A stretch of 64,000 bases of DNA, taken from contig JAWMAR010000134.1 of NCBI GenBank assembly GCA_036785375.1, positions 62,001 through 126,000 on the forward strand, given 5' to 3'. Positions 39,871 to 52,470 of this stretch are shown in pieces. Origin of the DNA: Leucoraja ocellata. Its lineage: Eukaryota. Below the pieces are notes generated by a model. That model was given only the letters and a program-made list of their open reading frames with translations, ran no database searches and was not told the DNA's origin. The position numbers and the translations under genes were made by a program. Positions within the stretch are counted from its first letter, which is position 1; the number at the start of each line of letters is the position of its first letter.

Positions 39871-41940
39871 ATTTTTTTTTTTCTTTTTTTGTTAAAATGT
39901 TTTTAATTAGAAGTGCAATAAGTTGCAGTAATACACACCACATATATCTTATTACATTTGTTGTACCCCTTCATTTTTGAACTTTAAAAAAGATAGAAAT
40001 AAAAGAAGTAAGGAAAGTGAGAAAGAGTCGTGAAGGTGCAGGAAAGTGTTGGGAAAAGAAAGCCCATTAGAAAAGGAGTTAGAGAAGAAAGTTAAGAAAT
40101 AGACCCTAGAAAAGAAAGAAAGAACGAAAGAGTAACAATCGCTCTATTATGGAAAAAAAACTCCGCAAAAAGGGATATAACAACCATATTTTTCACCCCC
40201 CATTACCAGATCTTGGCACCATTTATTTTTTTAAATTACTATTGAACCTTATGCTTGTAATAAGTCCATAAATGCAGACCACGTCTTTTGGAAGTGGTCT
40301 GCTTTGCCTGCTAGGAGGAGTCTCATCTCTTCCAGATGTAATGTTTCGAACATGTTTGAAATACACATTTTTATTGTTGGTATAGGAGCATTTTTCCAGA
40401 ATTTGAATATAAGCTTTTTTCCCATTATTAGCCCGTAATTAAGTAAATTCTTTTGAAACATGTTTAGTCCAGGGCTACCTTCCGTTATTCCAAAAATAAT
40501 CCATTCTGCTTTTGGTATGAGTTTTATTTTAAATAGTTTTGTGAAGATTTCAAATATTTCATTCCAGAATTTTTGGATTTTTATACAAAAAACAAAAGAG
40601 TGCGCTATGGTAGCTTCATGAGACTTACATTTATCACAAATGGGTGAGACGTTAGGGAAAAGTTTATTTAGTTTTGTTTTTGAATAGTATAGTCTAATTA
40701 ATGTTTTGAATTGAATTAGAGTATGTCGTATATTGTTCGAGCATTTATGCACATATAGTAAGTGTTTATCCCAGCTCTCTTTTGAGATTTGTATAGCTAG
40801 TTCTTGTTCCCAGTCTCTTCTAATACCATCAGTTGTAGGTATTTCTATATTTAAAATAGTGTTGTATAAGTATGATATTAGGTTTGCTGATTCGGCCTTT
40901 GTCTTTATTGCTTCGTCCAGTAAGTCTGGAGGCATGTTATGATAGTCTTTTCTGTATTTTTTCAGATAGTCACAGAATTGAAGATATTTAAAATATTGAT
41001 TATTTCTCAAATTATATTTCAGTTGTAATTGTTAAAATGATAATAATTTTTCGAATTCATACAAGTCTCCGAGCGTTTTGATTCCTATTCTTTCCCATTG
41101 TGTAAATGATTTATCTATAGTAGAAGGTTTAAACAATGGATTATTGACTAATGGCATTTAAAGAGATAGATTTCTTAATTTTAGATTCTGTTTTATTTGT
41201 TTCCAAGTTCTAATTGCGCTATGTATGATTGGATTTCTATTGTAATTTTTGTTATTCAGATTCATTGGTGAAAGGAGAGTCACTCCTATATTACACGGAG
41301 AGCAGTCCTCTCTCTCCATTACAATCCAGTCCACCTGCTGGGCAGAATTGTCCAGCAGTTGAATCATATTTTTAATATTTACTGCTCAATTATAGTACCT
41401 AACGTTAGGGAGCGCTAGACCACCCAGCTCTTTGGGTTTACTAAGGTGTTTTCTTTGTATTCTGTGGGATTTATAGTCCCATATAAAATTTGTAATGTCT
41501 GAGTCTAGTTTTTTGAAAAACTTTTTTGGAAGATATATAGGTATTGATTGAAATAGATATAGGATTTGTGGTAGAAAGATCATTATTATAGCATTTATTC
41601 GACCTATTAAAGACATCGGGAGCATTTTCCAGAATTTGATTAGACTATTTAGTTTCTTAAGTAAGGGACTATAATTGGCGTTAAACATAGCGTGATAGTT
41701 TCTAGTAATTTCAATTCTCAAATATTTAAATTTTTCTGTGGCTATTTTAAAGGGGAATTTTAAGAGATGCGTTAAGTCTTTCGGTTTAATCGACATAATT
41801 TCACTTTTGTTCCAGTTTATTCTGTATCCTGAGAAAGATCCAAAGTCCTCAATTAGATTTAGTATGTTTGGTACACTAATTTGGAGTTTTGTGATGTACA
41901 GTAGTACATCGTCTGCATATAAAGATATTATGTTATTTGT
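39871..41940 (-). mobile_element. 5'-truncated L1 LINE (ORF2 from YADD to the C-terminus, 3' UTR, polyA)
   Basis: FKYLRIEIT, GRINAI, GGLALPN, CDKC...H...C knuckle; polyT at 39872-39890; TSD AATGTAAGAA at 39861-39870 and 41941-41950. Confidence 0.93.
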
Positions 41941-42542
41941 AATGTAAGAATTTAATCAAAGTAATATGCTATTTAAATAATCTGAAATTAATACTTTTAT
42001 AACTATTTATGCTTTTACATAATCTGATACTCCGCAGCAACAAGTATTTGATAATGAAGCAAAATGTCACAAAGCATTGACAGATGTTCCCAAACAATAT
42101 TTGATACAGGTACTGGGGAAATGGCCAAAATTGGGACAAAGAGATAGAATATCATAAAATAAAGAATTAGTGACTAAGATGTTTAGGAAGGGGTTTGAAA
42201 GATTATAGAATTGACAATTGAGTAGATGGTTGTGACGGTAGAGCATTTAAATCCAGCAATAATCAAGAGACCAGGATTAGTTGATTGACCAATAGCCAAT
42301 CTAGGATGCACTCAAGCACATGGGAAATGGAAGAATCAATGTTGTTAGAAAATAGGCAGTGGTATTTTTGATGATCTCAGATTTATGGATTCTAGAATTA
42401 GGGAGGGGACTGGAACAGTGTTGGAGTAACCAAATAAAGAGGTAACAAAGGCAAAGATGAGAATATCAGCAAGAGATAGGCTCAAACAGGGACATAGTTA
42501 AGACCTGGGCCTCTGTACCACCCTTTGCAACTGAATCCTTAA

Positions 42543-42683
42543 CTTCTGCTTCTTGCATATGGCGTGCACAGCTTAAAGTTATAGGACAATTTGTTCTATT
42601 TGATCTTATTTGATTATGCACGCTGGATTGATTGCATTCGTCGAAACAGGGCAGATCACGTGAAGGTTGCAATCTTCCACCCC
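42543..42683 (-). mobile_element. Ingi/Vingi-type short retroposon (SINE)
   Basis: ~140 nt; 5' HDV-like fold; 3' end ...GCACGCCATATGCAAGAAGCAGAAG; no pol III boxes. Confidence 0.6.
42630..42683 (-). ncRNA. HDV/CPEB3-like self-cleaving ribozyme fold
   Basis: P1 GGGGUGG/CUGCCCU, P2 GAUUGCA/UGCAAUC, P3 ACC/GAU (one mismatch), L3 UUCACGU, J4/2 CGAA. Confidence 0.75.
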
Positions 42684-42689
42684 AATATT

Positions 42690-43715
42690 TAACTTACTCA
42701 TTGGCAGACCTCAATCAGTGGCCATCAATAACAACATCTCCTCACTGACCATCAACACAGGTGCACCTCAAGGCTGCATGCTTAGATCTTTGCTCTGCTT
42801 TCTTCACATCATGACTACGTCTTAGCGCAGCTTCAATGTCATCTATAACTTCACTAATGACATCATTGTAATTGGCCGTATCACTCAACAGCATAGGGAC
42901 AGATAAAGTTCAGGTGCTTGTGTAGTATAGTGTCTCTTGTTCAGTGTCTGCACCGCCAAGGACTGAGTGGTGACTTCAGAAAGGAGAGGTTGGGAGACCA
43001 CCTGTCCATTTTTGTTGGTGGTGGAAAGAGAAAGCAGCTTCAAATTCTTGGGCATTAACATCTCAGACGATCTGTCCCATGCCTAGCATATGAATGTGCC
43101 CACAGAGAAAGTGCAAAGTATAGAGAGATTCTGTAAGTCTCTGAATACTCTCACAAGCCTTTAGGAATGTACTATAGCATGTAGCCTGACTGATTGCAAC
43201 ATAATCTGGTATGGCAATTCCAACGCACAGGAACACAGAAGGCATCAGAGAGTGGTGGACTCAGCTGTGCCCATCAAGGCCACAACCCATCCCTTAATTG
43301 AAAGCATCTACACGAGGCTTCTCAGGAAAGTGGCATCTATCACCAAGGATCCCTACCATCCAGGCCATATTCGCTTCTCCTGCTACCATTGGACAAGAGT
43401 ACAAACCCCTGAAATCTCACACTACCAGCTTCAGGAACAGCTTCTTTCCCACAACTATCAGGTTATTTAACAAACCTGAGAAAACCTAATCATACATGAA
43501 CAAGGGAACACTACAGTTCCACCTCTCTCATTACCATGGACTTTTATTTATTTTTTGCACTAATGTTCTTTTAAACAGTCTTTTAGAATATTATGTATAA
43601 TTTGGTTTATGTGTGTCTGAATCTATGTGCCTGTGATGCAACTACAAGCAAGATTTTTCATTGTACTTGAATCTCACCATACTTGTGCATATGACAATAA
43701 AGTCAACTTGACTTA
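42690..43715 (+). mobile_element. Degraded Rex/Babar LINE
   Basis: TINTGAPQGC, FTNDI, FKFLGINIS, TTSFRNSFFPTTIRL; gacaataaagtcaacttgactt tail. Confidence 0.75.
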
Positions 43716-46700
43716 AATTGAACGGATTATAAAGCGATCCCCAGCTTTGTTGTAGATATTTAATCTAATACCTTTATAACGTTCTTCCATTTACATTGTG
43801 AAACAATTAGCTTAGTAAATGCAGAAAAATCCACATTGAACACTTTCAATGCCTGAAAGTGAAACTGCTCCATCTTTGAATAAAACTAACTCAGTGCATC
43901 AACTATTTATATCCAGTTATTTTGATTTATCCTTAGCAGGTAACTTTGATGTTTTATTTCTCAAAGGGCATTGAGAAGATTTAATTTGGTATGTAACAAG
44001 CAGATTATTCAAATCAATTTTGTGTTTTTATAACTTCAGCAAAAGGCAAATAAAAAAACTTGCAATCTCATTTTGTTTCCCAGATTCCCAACACACTGCA
44101 ATGTGGACACTGTTACCTTTGATGCACCAATTATGAGTAACATGCATGGAGTGTCAAGACTTTAATCAGGCAGACTGGATATGAATAGATAACCAACTAT
44201 ACACCAAAATGGGTGACCATATTGCTGTAAATGGCTGATATTCATTTTACGCACATGACTTATGTTTTAATTTCCGTCACTGCATTTTTATTGAGAAATT
44301 ATCTATTTTCAGGAAGAGCTACTATAGGTTCTGTGGCCTTTGCTGTTTAAATTGCCTGTTATCTACACAGATTGTCTTTGTTTACTATTTTCTGTGAGTC
44401 GAATGAATTAATTAATACGTTTATTGGCCATGTATGTACACATATAAGGAATTTGCCTTGGTGATCCGCTCGCAAATAACAACACGACATACAGTAACAA
44501 TTAAGAATGACACATAATACTTTAAACATTAATAATAAAATATTATAGTTTAAACATATGAATGATATAAAATACCAAAGCAAAAGGAGGCTACAGACTT
44601 TTGGTTATTGCGTTGAGCTACTGCTCATGGAAAAAAAGCTGTTTTATGTCTTGCTGTGGCGGCATTGACAGCCCGGAGTCGCCTTCCAGAGGGAAGTGCT
44701 TCAAAGAGTTTGTGGCCAGGGTGAGAGGGGTCAGAGATGATCTTGCCCACTCGCTTCCTGGCCCTTGCAGTGTACAGTTCGTCACTGGGGGGGAAGGTTG
44801 CAGCCAACAACCTTCTCAGCTGATCGGACGATTCGCTGCAGGATGCCATGCTTGGTGGCTGAGCCAAACCAGACCATGATGGAGAAGGCGAGGACTGACT
44901 ACGATGGCAGTATAGAATTGGGCCATCATTGCCTGTGGCAGATTGTGTTTCCTCAGCTGCTGCAGGAAGTACATCCTCTGTTGTGCATTTTTGACTGTGG
45001 ATTTGTTTTCATATCCTAGCAGATGATGGTTCCAAGGAACTTAAAATACTCCACAGATGTGACTGTGGTGTTGTTGATGGTGAGTGGGGGGAGGGGAGGA
45101 GAAGCTCTCCTAAAATCTACTATCAATTCCACTGTTTAAAGAGCATTGAGCTCCAGGTTGTTACATAGGCACCAGGACACCAGCTGTGTTACTTCCTGTC
45201 TGTAGGCAGATTCCCCCCAATCCTGGATCAGTCCAATCATGGTTATGTCGTCTGCAAACGTGAGAAGCTTGACAGAGGAGTCTGTGGAGGTGCAGTCGTT
45301 GGTGTAGAGAGAGTAATGGACCCGTACCACTTAGGCGATTTATTTAGGTAACTCCAGGAGACTATGCGGTCACCATATGTTCCATGTTGTTGCCGGGGAG
45401 TCGCCTTCATGGTCGTGAGTAGTTCCCGCATTCTCTTTTTTTTTTTTTTTTTTTTAAATTTTATTTTTATTAGAAGTACGGTAAATTACAATACTACACA
45501 ACACATATATCTTAATACATTTTTTGTACCGCTTCATTTTTTTTTTTTGAGCTTTAAGAAAAAGGTAGAAGTAAGGAAAGTAAAGAAAGTGCAAGAGAGT
45601 CGTGCAGTGCAAGAGTGTAAGGAAAAGAAAGCCCCTTAGAAAAGAAGTTAGAGAAGGAAGTAAAGTGAGAAAATAGACCCTAGAAAAGAGAGAAAGAGAA
45701 AATAGAAACAATCGCTCTATTATAACATTAAACTCCGCAGAAAGGGGACTACCAACCAAGTCTGTTTTTGTTATTTTACCTCCCGTTACCAGGTCCTGAT
45801 TCCGCTTATTTATATATTTGTTTTTTTTAGATTACTATTGCACCTCATACTTGTAATAGGTCCAGAAACATAGACCACGTCTTTTGGAATTGGTCTGCTT
45901 TACCTGCTAGGAGGAATCTCATCTCTTCCAGATGTAATGTTTCAAACATATTTGATATCCACATTTTTATTGTTGGTGTCGGCGCATTTTTCCAGAATTT
46001 AAGTATAAGCTTTTTTCCCATTATTAGCCCGTAATTAATTAAATTCTTCTGAAACACGTTTAATTCAGGGTTACCTTCCGATATTCCGAAGATAATCCAT
46101 TCTGGTTTTGGTACCAGTTTTATATTGATCGATTTGAAAAAATATCAAATATTTCATACCAGAATTTTTGGATTTTTGTACAAAAAACGAAAGAGTGCGC
46201 TATGGTAGCCTCTTGACATAGGCATTTATCACCGATTGGTGAAACATTAGGGAAGATTTTATTTAATTTAGTTTTTGAATAATATAATCTATGTAATGTT
46301 TTAAATTGGATGAGCGTATGTCGTACGTTGATCGAACATTTATGCACCTGTAGTAAATGATTATCCCAGGTCTCTTTTGAGATTTTTATAGTTAATTCTT
46401 GTTCCCAATCTTTTCTAATTCCATCTGTTGTGGGTATTTCTATGTTTAAAATGATATTATATAGGTACGATATTAAATTAGCTGATTCCGCCTTGGTCTT
46501 CATTGCTTCATCCAATAAGTCGGAAGACATATTATGATAGTCTTTTGTGTGTTTTTTCAGATAATCACAAATTTGAAGATATTTAAAATATTGGTTATTT
46601 TTCAAATTATATTTCAGTTGTAGTTGTTGAAATGATAGTAAATTCCCCAATTCATACAGATCTTCGAGCGTTTTAATTCCCATTCTTTCCCATTGTATAA

Positions 46701-48353
46701 ATGATTTGTCTATGATTGATGGTTTAAACGATGGATTATTGACTATTGGTATTAAAAGAGATAGGTTTCTTAATTTTAAAGTCTGTTTTATTTGTTTCCA
46801 TGTTCTTATTGTGTTATGTATAATTGGATTTTTATTATAATTTTTATTATTCAAATTTGTTGGTGAGAGGATGGTCGCTCCTATATTACTCGGGGAGCAG
46901 TCCCCTTTTTCCATTACCATCCAGTCCGCCTGCTGTGCAGAATTGTCCAGCAGGTGAATCATATTTTTAATATTTACTGCCCAGTTATAATACATAAAGT
47001 TAGGGAGCGCTAGACCCCCCAGCTCTTTTCGTTTATTAAGGTGTGCTATTTGTATTCTATGGGATTTATAATCCCATATAAAATTTGTAATGTCTGAGTC
47101 CAATTTTTTGAAAAACTTTTTTGGGAGGTATATAGGTATTGATTGAAATAGGTATAGAATTTGTGGTAAGAAAACCATTTTAATAGCATTTATTCTGCCT
47201 ATTAAGGACATCGGAAGTGTTTTCCAGAATTTAATCAGATTATTCAATTTCTTGAGTAAAGGATTATAGTTGGCTTTAAACATATCCTGGTAATTTCTAG
47301 TAATTTCAATTCCCAAATATTTGAATTTTTCTGTAGCTATTTTAAAGGGAAATTTCCGAAGCTGTGTTGAGTCTTTTGGTTTTATCGACATAATTTCACT
47401 TTTGTTCCAATTTATTCTATATCCTGAAAAGGATCCAAAGTCCTCAATTAAGTTTAATATGTTTGGTATACTAATTTGTGGTTTTGTGATGTACAGTAGT
47501 ACATCATCGGCATATAGGGATATTTTATTCTTTGAGTATTTTGTATTATAACCATAAATATCCGGATGTGTTCTTATTTTTTCAGCAAGGGGTTCAATTA
47601 CCAAAGCAAATAACAGCGGTGATAATGAGCATCCTTGTCTATTGCCCCTTGATAGTTCAAATTTCGAGGATAAAATATTATTAGTTAATATTCTAGCCGT
47701 AGGTTTGTTATATAAGTTTTATCCATGCGATAAAGTTTTCTCCCAATTGGAATTTTTGCAATACTTTAATCATATAATCCCATTCTACTTGATCAAACGC
47801 TTTTTCTGCGTCCAGTGAGATAATAGATAATTCTTCGTCGTGAGGTTTATGTGAGTGCATTATGTTAAGCAAACGTCTCAAATTATTGAATGAGTGTCTC
47901 TTAGGTATAAATCCTGTTTGATCTCCATTTATTAATCTACTAACGTACCTGCTTAATCTACTGGCTAGTGTTTTCGCTATTATTTTTTGATCCGTATTTA
48001 ACAAAGCAATAGCTCTATATGAGCCTGGTTCTTCTATGTTTTTATCTTTTTTAAGTATTAATGTGATCGTTGATTCTGCTAATGTTTCGGGTAAGCTTTG
48101 CTCTTTAAAAGCGTGTGTATACATTTTCTGTAATCGTGGGGTAACTATATCATAAAAGGCTTTATAGAATTCACTACTGAATCCGTCTGGTCCTGGTGTT
48201 TTACCATTCTTTAGTGTTTTTATTGTGTCTTCTATCTCCTTAGAAGTAATTATTGCTCCTAGTTCCTCTTGTTCCCTCATTTCTAATTTTGGAAGGTTAC
48301 AATCTTCCAGAAATTCTGAAATTTTATTATTATCTATTGACGTTTTAGATGTA

Positions 48354-51300
48354 CAGGTGCACAACCTTTCATCCGACAGCCTTGGGACCAGACACTTTTC
48401 GTAATTCAGAATTTGTCGGTCTTCGGAATGGAAATTTTTTTGCGTAGATTTTAATGGCTGGCTCAGTGGTAGAGTGCTCGGCTCATATCCGCAAGGTCGC
48501 GAGTTTGCGCCTTGATCCCGGCAGTTACTCGGTCGCGAGTTTGAGTCTTCAATGTAGGTTTTTTTTTGCAGAATAAATGTTTGTATGAAATGCAGTGTGT
48601 TGAATGAATTCCTCAATTTGTAAATGTGCCCGCAGCATTGAATCACCTCCCGCACTCATGTCACCCTAACGGGGCTACATGCCCTTAGGCGATCTAAGGT
48701 CGCGAGTTTGCGCCTGGATCCCGGCAGTTACTCGTCGCGAGTTTGAGTCTTCAATGTAGTTTTTTCTTGCAGAATAAATGTTTGTATGAAATGCAGTGTA
48801 GGAGAGGTGTACTGACTGTGTGGGCAGAACTTTGGAAGTGATTGCCCACCAGTCTAAAAAGCCGCTGTGTCTCCCTGTCCCTGGGATAGCAGGGGGCGAT
48901 CAAACAGCACAATACCCCCCTCCCCCTCCAACTCCAGAGGAATCCGCTCCCCGATGGGCCGCTACGGCGACAAGTGGCAGTTTACCCACAGCCCGAGCTG
49001 CGCCTCCTCATCCGCCACCCCAAGACTTACCTTGCACACCATCAGGTTCGGCCCCTACGTGTTCCTCTGGGGTTGGAGCGGGGCTGGGCCGGAGTTGCTG
49101 CTGGCTGTGGGTCTCTGGGATCTCCGTCCTTGCAGTGGGCCTGGGGGTTCCTGTTGGTCCTGACGTCACCGGCCACCCCCATGGACAGGAGCTGAGACTG
49201 GGAACTGTACCGCCCTTGCCCCCTCCCTCTGCAACTGCAAACAACCCCACTCTCCTGCAAGGGCGGTACAGTTCCCGGAGGATAGCAGGTGGCCGGAGAC
49301 GTCAGGACCAACAGGAACCCGCTCCCCGATGGGCCCCTACGACGCCCCGAGCTGCGCCCCGTCATCCGCAACCCAGGTTCCTAAGTAGTTGGAGCGGGGC
49401 TGGGCTGCTGTTGGCTGTGGGTCTCTGGGATCTCCGTGCTTGCGGTGGGCCTGGTGCTCGACGTCCAATTGGTCCTGACGTCTCCGGTGACTCGCACCGA
49501 TCTGCTGCCATCGCGGACGTGAAGACAGTACAAAGCCCCCGCGCCGGTGCAATGAGCGGGGAGCTGGAGAGGGGAGGGAAGGGGTCACACACATGGCCGG
49601 GAAGCAGAGGGGTGTAGATGGGGGTGGTGACAGATGGGGCCAACAATGAGTGGAGAAAGACAGAAACACCGACGTGCAAAGGAGACCTACAACAATGCAT
49701 GATCTCTCTCCCGTGGCAGGTGACTGTCGCTGGGAAACTGAAGGGAGCGACAATCTGCTGCTGCCTCCCTGAGTTAAAGAGTTCCCACGGTAGACTCACG
49801 ATACATAGGCGGCCTAGCTCGGGGATTCTTGAATCCCCCGAATAAATAATAAAGACGAGATAAACGTTAAGTAAAACTTTAAACATAAACTGGTGAGCTT
49901 TGGTGTGCAGACGACATCCTGGAAAAAATGTCCGGTTTCTTCCAGGTAGGCGATATACCCTCCCGGGCAATATACCCTCCACTTCTCTTTTATGAAGGGG
50001 ATTTAGTTCCCCTTTTTTCGAGGACCGACCGGAGGTTCCACTGTCACCTCTGCGGGCCGCCCTCGGTGAACGCTAATTCAACTTTGTCTTTGGATTCCTA
50101 CTCTCCCGCGCAATGTACCCTCGGCTTCTCTTTTATGAATGGGGATTTAGTTCCCCTTTCTTCGAGGACCGACCGGAGGTTCCGCTGTCACCTCTGGGGG
50201 CCGCCCTCGGTGAACGTCCTGTCTCCCTGTCCCTGGGATAGCAGGGGGCCATCAAACAGCACAATACCCCACTCCCCCTCCAACTCCAGAGGAATCCGCT
50301 CCCCGATGGGCCGCTACGGCGACAAGTGGCAGTTCGCCCACAGCCCGAGCTGCGCCCCCTCATCCGCAACCCGGGTTCCTCTGGAGTTGGAGCGGGGCTG
50401 GGCTAGAGTTGTTGCTGGCTGTGAGTCTCTGGGATCTCCGTGCTTGCAGTGGGCCTGGGGGTGGGTGTCCTGATGAGGGGGCGCAGCTCGGGCTGTGGGC
50501 GAACTGCCACTTGTCGCTGTAGCGGCCCATCGGGGAGCTGCTTCTGGTAGTCCTGACGTCTCTCAGCTCCTGTCCAGGGGGATGGCCGGAGACGTCAGGA
50601 CCAACAGGAACCCGCTCCCCGATGCGCCGCTACAGCGACAAGTGGCAGTTCACCCACAGCCCGAGCTGCACCCCCTCATCCGCAACCCGGGTTCCTCTGG
50701 AGTTGGAGCGGGGCTGGGCTAGAGTTGCTGCTGGCTGTGAGTCTCCGGGATCTCCGTGCTTGCAGTCAGTGTCGCGTTGGTCCTGACGTCTCCGGTCACC
50801 CCTCTGGACTGGAGCTGAGACTGGGAACTGTACCGCCCTTGCCCCCTCCCTCTGCAACTGCAAACGACCCCACAGTTCCCAGTCTCAGCTCCTGTACAGG
50901 GGGGTGGCCGGAGACGTCACAGCCCGAGCCATCACCTGCTGCCCCTATGGGGACAGCGGAGAGCGTGTTCCTCTGGAATTGGAACGGGGCTGGGCTGCTG
51001 CTGGCTGTGGGTCTCTGGGTTCTCTGTGCTTGCAGTGGGCCTGGGGGTCGGTGTCCCGTTGGTCCTGACGTCTCCGGTGACTGGCACTGGCTCCGGCGTG
51101 AAGAAAGTGCAAAACCCCCGCGCCAGTGCAATGCGCGGGGAGCTGGAGAGGGGAGGGAAGGGGTCACACACATGGCCGGGAAGCAGAGGGGTGGGGTGAA
51201 ACTGAAGGGAGCGACAATCTACTGCTGCCTGCACGCTGAGTTAAAAAAGTTCCCACGCAAGACTCACGATACACTGTGTATCGTGAGTCTACCGTGGGAA

Positions 51301-51551
51301 CTTTATAACTCAGCGGGCAGGCAGCAGCATATTGTCATTTATTAACCCTCCCGCGTAATATACCCTCACCTTCTCTTTTATGAATGGGGATTTAGTTCCC
51401 CTTTCTTCGAGGACCGACCGGAGGTTCCGCTGTCACCTCTGCGGGCCGCCCTCCGTGAACGTTTTCAAGGACCTTTATTCAAGGACTGAAAAAATGTCGC
51501 TATTCGGAGGTTTTCGTTATTTGGATCGTCGGATAAAAGGTTGTGCACCTG
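48354..51551. mobile_element. 3.2-kb Tc1/pogo-type MITE, same TIR family as 7750-8985
   Basis: CAGGTGCACAACCTTTCATCCGAC / GTCGGATAAAAGGTTGTGCACCTG; TA TSD; splits L1 ORF2 at ENLY|TSKTS. Confidence 0.93.
48452..48523 (+). pseudogene. tRNA-Met(CAT)-like sequence inside the MITE
   Basis: A box TGGCTCAGTGG, D arm GCTC/GAGT, loop CTCATAT closed by CGG/CCG, variable AGGTC, degenerate T arm. Confidence 0.55.
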
Positions 51552-52264
51552 TATATAGATTTTCGTAGAATTGAGCAAATCTTTTATTGATATCCTTGGG
51601 TAGTGTTAATAATTCCCCACTATCTGATTTAATCTTTAGTATTGCATTCTCTTTTTCCCGTTTTTTCAACTGGCGTGCTAAGAGTTTGTGGGGTTTGTCC
51701 CCGAATTCAAAGTGTTCTTGTTTTGTAGCTTGGAATAATGTTATAACTTTCTCTGACAATAATTTATTCAGCTTGAATTTCAATAATAGGATTTTATTAT
51801 GTTTATCCATAGTTGGATCTTTAGCATTATCTGTATCTAATTGTTTTATTTGTTCTTCTAAATGTCTTTGTTCTTTCTTATTCTTTTTATTTTGGTAAGC
51901 TTGAAATGAAATAATGACTCCTCTAATAAATGCTTTAAAGGATTCCCATAATAGCGTGGGGGATATATCTGGTGTATCATTTATCTCAAAGAATAAGTCC
52001 ATCTGTTTTTTTAGATATATACTCCCTTGTGGGTCTTTTAAAAGTTGCGAATTAAACCTCCAGAACGATTTATTCATAGACATTCCTTCTAATTTTAAAA
52101 CAAAGGTTAAAGGAGAGTGATCTGAAATCGCATTAATGTGGTATTTAGGATTCATAGTGTGTGTAATTAATTTTGTATCCACAAGAAAATAATCTATCCG
52201 TGAATATGTTTTATGCACCGTTGAATAGAACGAGTAGTCCCTTCCCGTCCGTTCCCGCATTCTC

Positions 52265-52470
52265 AATAGACAATAGGTGCAGGAGTAGGCCATTCGGCCC
52301 TTCGAGCCACTTCAATGTGATCATGGCTGACCATCCCCAATCAGTACCCCGTTCCTGCCTTCTCCCCATATCCCCTAACTCTGCTATTTGTAAGAGCCCT
52401 ATCTAGCTCTCTCTTGAAAGCATCCAGAGAACCCGCCTCCACCGCCCTCTGAGGCAGAGAATTTCACAGA
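52265..52470 (-). mobile_element. CR1 3' end nested in the Harbinger MITE
   Basis: aatagacaataggtgcaggagtaggccattcggccc... is the reverse complement of the CR1 tail. Confidence 0.85.

Larger units (their letters stand above)
45436..52250 (-). mobile_element. 5'-truncated L1 LINE with near-complete ORF2 (endonuclease C-term, RT, C-term), interrupted at 48354-51551
   Basis: YSRIDYFL, SDHSP, GPDGFSSEFY, QTGF, LDAEKAFD, YADD; polyT at 45436-45455; 14-bp TSD GTTCCCGCATTCTC at 45422-45435 and 52251-52264. Confidence 0.95.

Noticed and set aside
46120-47604. 494-aa ORF as a host gene or active L1
   Set aside because: It is part of a 5'-truncated L1 ORF2 with frameshifts and a MITE insertion.
48452-48523. 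Functional tRNA-Met gene
   Set aside because: Acceptor stem unpaired, anticodon stem partly mismatched, T loop lacks TTCG; kept only as tRNA-like.
48820-51345. ORFs up to 265 aa in the 3.2-kb MITE as a possible transposase
   Set aside because: No DDE/HTH features; they translate shuffled GC-rich modules.
48870-51460. CRISPR-like repeat-spacer array
   Set aside because: Repeats are long, irregular and in mixed orientation, with no unique spacers or cas genes, in a eukaryotic context.
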